64,000 nt of DNA, from positions 2,108,001 through 2,172,000 of the forward strand of contig SMSO01000035.1 of assembly GCA_004764695.1 (NCBI GenBank), given 5' to 3'. Positions within the stretch are counted from its first letter, which is position 1; each line of letters begins with the position of its first letter. This DNA is from Schizochytrium sp. TIO01 (lineage: Eukaryota; Protista; Bigyra: Labyrinthulomycetes). The translations under genes were made by a program, and so were the position numbers. The notes beneath the pieces are model-generated. The model saw only the letters and a list, made by a program, of their open reading frames with translations, was not told the origin of the DNA and searched no databases. Positions 57,134 through 64,000 of the stretch are shown piece by piece.

Positions 57134-60100
57134 TTATTTAAGCTTTGCGTAAGCTCTTTCACAGATACCTAAAAACGGAAACCTTCTATGTGCTGCTTGA
57201 ACTGCCTCGCAAGCACCTACCCTTATAAGCTGGCTTGCCACTTCGCGGTTACATGCCATAACATAAATTGCCTCGCATGCTTGTTTCTGCACATTCCCAT
57301 TCATTCGATGTGCTTGCATGGAAACAACGATCTCTGCACCTGCGTTCAATACTAGTGCTAGATTGATGTTGTTGTTCTCGTTCTCAGCAAGATTACGCAA
57401 TGCCCCGCATGCATGTAGTTGCACAGCCACATTCATCCGATGAGTATGCATTGCAACCACTATATATCCGCCTGCATTTATATCTCGCCCAAGTATCGCA
57501 CTGTTGACTTGACTTGCTGAAAGATTTAATAGCGCTTCGCATGCGTTTCTCTGCACGTTATCATCCATCTCATGTTCTTGCATTGCAGCCACAACCTGCA
57601 AACCTACATCCGAATTTTGCCCAAGAATCACGCTATTGCGTTCATTCGTAGCAAGGTTCGATAGCGCCTTGCACGCGTTTTCTTGCAAGTACGCGTTCGC
57701 TGGATGTTCGCTCATGGTCGCCGTAATCTCTGCACCCAGATTTAGAGTTTGACCTAATATGACTTTGTTCCGGTCGCTTTCAGTAAGATACTGCAATATT
57801 GCACATATTTCTTCTTGCGTATCTTCATCCGTTCGATGAATACGCATGGTATTTATAATTGCCAGACACAAATTGAGGTCTTGTCCAAGTACATGCTTGT
57901 TGCGGTCACCAGAAGCCAAAGCTCGGAGTGCTCCGCATGCGTTGCATTGAATGTCGAGATTCAGATCATGTTCGCGCATGGTAGCCTCAATTTCTGCTAG
58001 TAAATTCAAATCTTGCCCAAGAAGTTCTTTGTTACGATCGCTCAGAGAAAGGCTGCGGAGCGCTCCACATGCCAGCTCTTGTAGTTCTTCATTCATCCGA
58101 AATGTACGCATAGCTATCATAATTTCTCTCCCTGCATTTTGATTTTGTAGGAGAATATCGGCGTTACGGGTGTTCATAGTGCCCAGAGTCCAAAGTGTTC
58201 TACATGCTTCTGTCTGCACATTAACATTTTCTCGATGCGCGCGCATCGCTGCCATAATTTCTGCTCCTACGTTGAGATCTTGCACCAGTATCTTGCAATT
58301 CGTATCGTCGTTATATCCAAGTACACACAATGCGCCAACCGCCGATTCTTGCACATCAGCATGTGACCTATGTTCGCGCATCGCTGCCAATATTTCTGCT
58401 CCCGCCACACTGAGATCTTCTCTCAAAGTCTCCCTGTTGCGAGAGCTAAGTGCAAGATTATGGAACACACGGCATGCTTCTGTCTGCACATTAGCATTTG
58501 ATCGATGATCACGCATGGCGGTCAAAATGTCTACATGTACGTTTAAGGTTTGCTCGAGAACCTCTCTGTTGTCGTTACTTAGTTGAGCAAGAATATACAA
58601 CGCCCTAAATGCTTGTTCTTGCACCTCTGCAACTATACGATGTGCTCGGATAGCCTCCTGAATAACTGAGCCCGAATCGACATCTTTTAAGAGTATCTCC
58701 GAGTTGTAGAAATTGTTAGAAAGGTTTTGTAATGCTTTACATGCCCAAAGTTGCACATTGGCATCCGATTGGTGTGCGCTCATAGCAGCGGCAATTTCTG
58801 CACCCACACTCATCTCCTCTACAAGAATCTCACAATTTCGATCATTTCCAGAAACAAGATTATACAATGCTCTACATGCCTCTTCCTGAACCTTTGCATT
58901 TGTCTGATGTGTCCCCATAGCCGTCATAATCTCAGCACCAGCATTCGAATCTTGAATAAGAATGTCTCTGTTAGAGTTATTGGATGCAAGAGAACATAAT
59001 AGTATACAAGCCTGTTCCTGGACTTGAGCGTTAGATGGAAAAGCGCGCATGACAGCTACAATCTCAGAGCCCAAGTTTAGATCTTGTACGAGGGCAATCC
59101 GATTACCCTCGTGGACCGTCACAAGGCTCCTTAGACTTGCAAAAACTGATAATTGGACTTCAGCATTGCTGGCTTGTTCTTGCAAAATACAAATGAGGTC
59201 AGATCCCCAAGAGAAATTTGTCATTGCGGCCTCAATATACTCATAGGCAGTTTCTCCAGATAAAGCAAAATGTAACGTCCATAAGGCTTCAGATATCAAT
59301 TTTGGGTCGTCTTTTTGTTCTCCTAAAATTCGTTGTAAATGAACAAGAATCCCTCGTGTCCGCACCTCACTCCGCAGCTGATCTTGACCCTCCCCATTCT
59401 TAAATTCGCCTTCCAAGATATTGCGTAAAGCCCCTAACGTGTTTAGCAAATTGGCTCGTTCATTTGGATTGACCAAGTCTCGAACAAAACCTTGGACTCT
59501 TTCAATTTCTATAGTTGCTTTGGTAGATCGACGACGATCTAGTTTTGAAAACGTGCCAGCAATTCCGCGTATAAGACGACTCGACCGTCGTTTAACACCA
59601 CGTGCTTCAAATTTTTTCAAAGCTTCCTCCGCGCTCGGTCGCTCTCCAGGGTTTTGACTCCAGCATAATTCGATGACGCGAGTCACCCATGATTTGGCCG
59701 ATGCTTCCTCATAAATAGCAGGACGCATGCCTGCTAAAACCATGCTTTCAATCTCCCCTGGTAGTAAGCTTAAGTCATATGGCACTTTTTCATGATATAT
59801 TTCCCAAGACATCATTCCTAACGAATATATATCTGCCTTAGTAGTCCATTGTACAGGTGCTTGGAGCACTTCAGGGGCCATGTACCTGGATGAATGAGGT
59901 AGTGCAATGGTGTAGGTTTGACTTGTGTTTGGGCGTGTTCTAGCAGCCAACCCAAAATTTGCAAGTTTGGCAAGCCCCAAATCGTGTCTAAGCATCACAT
60001 TCGCAGGCTGAAGATTACTATGGACCACATTTTGATCATGAAGATAACAGAGCCCCTTTGTGATACTACACAGAATTCTCTCTTTGTCGTCAAGACTTAG

Positions 60101-61048
60101 AGTAGTATGTGTGTCACTCTGTTTCATTTGTGACAGTACATGAGCAAGAGACAAATCGCACTGATCCATGACCAAATGAAATTGGTTTTGGATTATGCAG
60201 GTCCCGAGTAGGCATATTATATTATTGTGGAACAATCCACGACAACATTCGGCTTCGTTGATCAAAGCCTTTCTCTCAGCAAATTCAGACGATGCAGTTA
60301 CTTTACGATATTTTTTTGTAGCAATTGGTATACTGACACCGTTATCATCACGAAGGATACCGAAGAGGACTGTTCCAAAACTTCCATTGTCACGAGTGGG
60401 ATCTGGGGATTCTATTGAAACCGTTCCTTGCTCCAAGGTGGCGATTTCGGACTCATGAGTCCCTTGCAGCATAGAGGTAAACTCCTGAAGCGCCTGCTGC
60501 TCTGTCTCTGTCCCGGCTTTTCCTTCGACAATATCTGCGAGGTCCATATCAGATTTATCCTTTATCATCAACAATAATGTGTCCGCTTGATCGTAGCCTT
60601 GATCTTGGTAGTGCGTTATCATTTCTTCAAGGTGAAGCTGGTCTTCTTCGGCGTCGTTGAGGTCCATTTCTTCGATAGATATGGGAGGCACCGGGAACTC
60701 AAAGCATACATGATGGACATGAGTCAAAGTCTGTAAGCGATGCTCCACATACAAGAGCGCTTGGTATGCTCGCTTGGCGTATATGAGCTGCAGAATCTTA
60801 GCGGAGCTATTATCCGTAATTGGCTCAAAAACTCCACGAAGGAGAGAGACAGCGTTGCGTAGATTGGCCTCGACTATGAAAAAATTGATATCCTCGTTCT
60901 GCGAGTACTCAAAAAACCCTGCAAGTTTGTTGAAGGCATTATGGAGGTGTGCAGCTCTTTGGCGGCAGGTGTTTGTATGCTCGAGAAGTGCGGCACCCTG
61001 ACATGCAAGTTTTTGCGAATAAAAGAAGTTTGCAGGTGGGTTGGGCAT
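57134..61048 (-). CDS. N-terminal helical bundle + TKL-type pseudokinase + ARM-repeat protein (MLKL-like architecture)
   Basis: Kinase fold GSFGTV, IATKK, HSNLQPANV (HRD lost), ANFG (DFG lost), YMAPE, ADIYSLG, RPSA; about 15 repeats of AEIxxAMxxHxxxxxVQxxACxALxxL; amphipathic N-terminal 120 aa. First ATG at 61048. Confidence 0.9.
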   Translation of the reverse strand: MPNPPANFFYSQKLACQGAALLEHTNTCRQRAAHLHNAFNKLAGFFEYSQNEDINFFIVEANLRNAVSLLRGVFEPITDNSSAKILQLIYAKRAYQALLYVEHRLQTLTHVHHVCFEFPVPPISIEEMDLNDAEEDQLHLEEMITHYQDQGYDQADTLLLMIKDKSDMDLADIVEGKAGTETEQQALQEFTSMLQGTHESEIATLEQGTVSIESPDPTRDNGSFGTVLFGILRDDNGVSIPIATKKYRKVTASSEFAERKALINEAECCRGLFHNNIICLLGTCIIQNQFHLVMDQCDLSLAHVLSQMKQSDTHTTLSLDDKERILCSITKGLCYLHDQNVVHSNLQPANVMLRHDLGLAKLANFGLAARTRPNTSQTYTIALPHSSRYMAPEVLQAPVQWTTKADIYSLGMMSWEIYHEKVPYDLSLLPGEIESMVLAGMRPAIYEEASAKSWVTRVIELCWSQNPGERPSAEEALKKFEARGVKRRSSRLIRGIAGTFSKLDRRRSTKATIEIERVQGFVRDLVNPNERANLLNTLGALRNILEGEFKNGEGQDQLRSEVRTRGILVHLQRILGEQKDDPKLISEALWTLHFALSGETAYEYIEAAMTNFSWGSDLICILQEQASNAEVQLSVFASLRSLVTVHEGNRIALVQDLNLGSEIVAVMRAFPSNAQVQEQACILLCSLASNNSNRDILIQDSNAGAEIMTAMGTHQTNAKVQEEACRALYNLVSGNDRNCEILVEEMSVGAEIAAAMSAHQSDANVQLWACKALQNLSNNFYNSEILLKDVDSGSVIQEAIRAHRIVAEVQEQAFRALYILAQLSNDNREVLEQTLNVHVDILTAMRDHRSNANVQTEACRVFHNLALSSRNRETLREDLSVAGAEILAAMREHRSHADVQESAVGALCVLGYNDDTNCKILVQDLNVGAEIMAAMRAHRENVNVQTEACRTLWTLGTMNTRNADILLQNQNAGREIMIAMRTFRMNEELQELACGALRSLSLSDRNKELLGQDLNLLAEIEATMREHDLNLDIQCNACGALRALASGDRNKHVLGQDLNLCLAIINTMRIHRTDEDTQEEICAILQYLTESDRNKVILGQTLNLGAEITATMSEHPANAYLQENACKALSNLATNERNSVILGQNSDVGLQVVAAMQEHEMDDNVQRNACEALLNLSASQVNSAILGRDINAGGYIVVAMHTHRMNVAVQLHACGALRNLAENENNNINLALVLNAGAEIVVSMQAHRMNGNVQKQACEAIYVMACNREVASQLIRVGACEAVQAAHRRFPFLGICERAYAKLK

Positions 61049-62752
61049 ATTCGAGTAGAGCACCGCTGATTATTGGTCTGCCGGCGTGTTTGCCCCGTTG
61101 CTGTAGATTGGCAGTTAAGGATGATAATAATAATATTAACTGACATATGATTTGCACGTGACTATGCCTTTTTACCCAATACGTAGAATGTCTCAGATGT
61201 TAAGCTGCTTGTAAGAGTCCAGGACTGACCTAGTAGCCCGTCATCCACGCTCTGCAACTACGTTCTGATTCTCCAGGCTCTCAGTTTTAGAAAAGTCTGT
61301 ACGTAGCCCTTTCCTTAATATTGTTTCAACAAAATAACAAATTAAAAAAAAAACGTTGGATATCTAGACAGTGATGATGACACTGGGATTGCGTTCGCCA
61401 TTGAAGGAGAAACTGAAGCACACGCCGTAAGGAGCCCTGAATCGGATTATAGGCCTTTCGCTTCCAGACGGTTGCAGCCCAGCAAGTTGCAAAATAACTT
61501 CCAAACCTACGGATCGCGGGAGAACTATGACGCACTCTTTCCAAAAGTTGGGACGGCCTAGCATTTTTAGTAACCATAGGTAGGTAGGGCACCTATATGT
61601 AGCATGATGGCACTCGTGTACCAGGATGATGAGGAAGCAAAGCTCGATTGGTATAGAGCCCACAGGCCGTTGAGAGTTAGACCCTATTTTCTATTACACG
61701 ATCACGTTAAGGAACCTTATTCAGCAAACCGAGTTCTGCAATTCGTGTCCTTAGTATGGAGAAACGATGAGGCATCTTTCATTTCAATCAAGGGTTTTAA
61801 GTTGTTTAATCGCGAGGGACGTATTCTACGCGCGTCATTTTATAGGTCACACCGCGCGAGTTAGCTATAATCCCACCATGTAGCCAAATACCGCTACACA
61901 AACTGGCTTGAAAATTTGTTCGACACATTCACGCATGCTCGCTCGGTAGTTACAAATGCTCCACTCACAGGGAGGCTAGAAGAATGCAGCTACGCTTGTT
62001 TAGAGCAAGGCTCGCTAACACCTCATTTTGATTTGATTGCAATTCAAAGGTCCTGGAATCTCTGCGCAAGACTCAGACGATTTTGCCTATAACCACACAA
62101 TTGTAAAATCATTTGATGTAAAGATTGAATTGTGTTCTCGTATGACCGGGGTCATATTGACATATTGAATTGTCATGAGGTCATCTTGCTGCGATGGCTT
62201 GCAACTTGAGAGCACAACATCATTCTCGTTCCTTTTTACGTAATCTACTCGCTAGTAAGAAGGAAAAAGATAAGCATTATTCATTTATTCAACTATTCAA
62301 CTATTCAACTAATTAGATTTGTCTTACCATGATTCATGCTCTTATTAATGGATACATTCGTATCTTCACAAGCTTGTGTAAAATATAAGCAGTTCCCCAA
62401 TGGGTTTGCAATATGTCTTTTAGTGGACAGAGAGGGTTTAGACTAACCTGTTTGAAGCACCAGCTTTGGTTAATTAAAAAATCAACATAATTAGAATCAT
62501 ATCATTGAAATACTTGTGGTTCTTCTATGTTACCTAGTTGCCTGAGTTGCATTCATTTGATTCCTTGATCAAACGACGGCTACTAAACTTCAGAGAACAG
62601 TTTACTCCCCGGTCAGATGATTTTCTTGAACTAAACTTTCTCTGTTGGCGGTGACTATACTTTTATATTATCAATACCGAGGGCTTACTCAAAAAGACTT
62701 AGTGTAGCTATGTTCTTTTCATTCAACATCTTCCATACATGGCAGTTCTTGT

Positions 62753-62782
<30 letters not shown>
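62753..62782. repeat. (CAG)n trinucleotide repeat
   Basis: About 9-10 CAG units. Confidence 0.9.
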
Positions 62783-62783
<1 letters not shown>

Positions 62784-64000
62784 GACAATAAAAAGGCTTA
62801 ATTATTTACTGAGGTTAATTTCATAATATCACCGTTTACTATACTAAAATCAATACCAAGCGAGGCATTCCAATCAACTAGAGCTGCTGGGTGGATCATG
62901 AGTACTTGAAGGAGAGACGAAAGGTGAAGAAAGGTTTCGTATAGTTAAACTTTTAAAACAATATGAAGATTTAGGAGTGTACCGACTTTTGAAGAAATGA
63001 ACTCCAAGGAGGGTTATTTGATTTACATTTAGTCGATTTAGACAAATATATTCTGTGTATAACAAATGGTAAAAGACTACGTAAAGTCCATCTCCTCAAC
63101 TATTGTTTGGGAATCATCACACATTAAATTGAACGCTAAGGTATTTGAACCTTCAATTTCCATCACTTGTTTTGTCGCTTACATACATAGTTGGGCGCAC
63201 AGTTCTTGTCGTCAATTCTACAACCTAATCTTTGAATTCTAGCAAGGGTATATCAAAGGACCCTGGACATGTCTTACCAACATAATTCTTCGATTGATGA
63301 TCTCAAAAACTTGCCTGTACTACTTTCTCCAACTTTATATGTATATTGGTTAGAAATCACAGTTGAATTTCCCCAATTTGGAGGGTAAGAATCAACAGGA
63401 AAGTTTTTTATACCGGTTGATGCTGTTGAGACTCTCAGAGATCTTGATTTTGGCAACCAATTGAATTTTTTCGAAGACTCTTGCTCGTTTAATGAGCAAA
63501 GAGTATTGTTCAATCTACATTTTAGCCATAATATACTTATGCATCAGGTGCTTGATCTTCCTCAAGACAGATTGGATGGTACCCCTTCTTGATAAGGTTG
63601 TTAGTTATAAATAATCCTAGTTATCGTATACTTGATTCTAGATGAAGATGTGATTTGAACAATCATTTACTTCAAATATTTCAATTGTAAAACTATGACT
63701 AGATTCGTGGAGTATGGAAGGTTTTTGTTCTGCAAAGATCGACCGTCCTTTTCAGACTTCTGTTTCGAATTGGTACTGGCTATATTATGTCTACCAAGTT
63801 TAACGTAGGTTTGTACAATCAAGTGGTGGTGGTTAGCACTTAACCCAGGAAATAATATCATATTTGACTCTCAATATATCCGCATAGTATCAAGTTCACG
63901 TCTCTGTGAAAACTACTAACAAGGCTGACATTGTCGAAATTTGATGACATGCTAAACTACTCTGTTTTGATGAAGGAGATATCCAAATGGAAAACGGCCT

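Overview
This is a eukaryotic nuclear window, not a prokaryotic one. It has GT-AG introns, mostly single-exon genes and long (GTTT)n/(CATT)n/(TATG)n microsatellites; that style suggests a thraustochytrid/labyrinthulomycete stramenopile (inference). Recognisable genes: a CLC anion/H+ exchanger, six-exon NAA15 whose introns carry snoRNA candidates, a two-exon GRK-like kinase, a RasGEF, mitochondrial L34, a PX-domain protein and several coiled-coil or membrane proteins. Three systems stand out. (1) An IS607-type Fanzor2 locus with an intact RuvC nuclease, an overlapping N-terminally truncated serine recombinase, a structured putative omega-RNA and a possible captured first exon. (2) A single-pass membrane protein whose signal peptide is followed directly by an intein-like Hint domain (C...HN|K), probably a self-cleaving receptor. 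(3) An MLKL-like protein (helical bundle + pseudokinase) fused to about 15 ARM repeats, a candidate one-component immune/cell-death sensor-executor. All calls come from reading motifs by eye; no searches were run.
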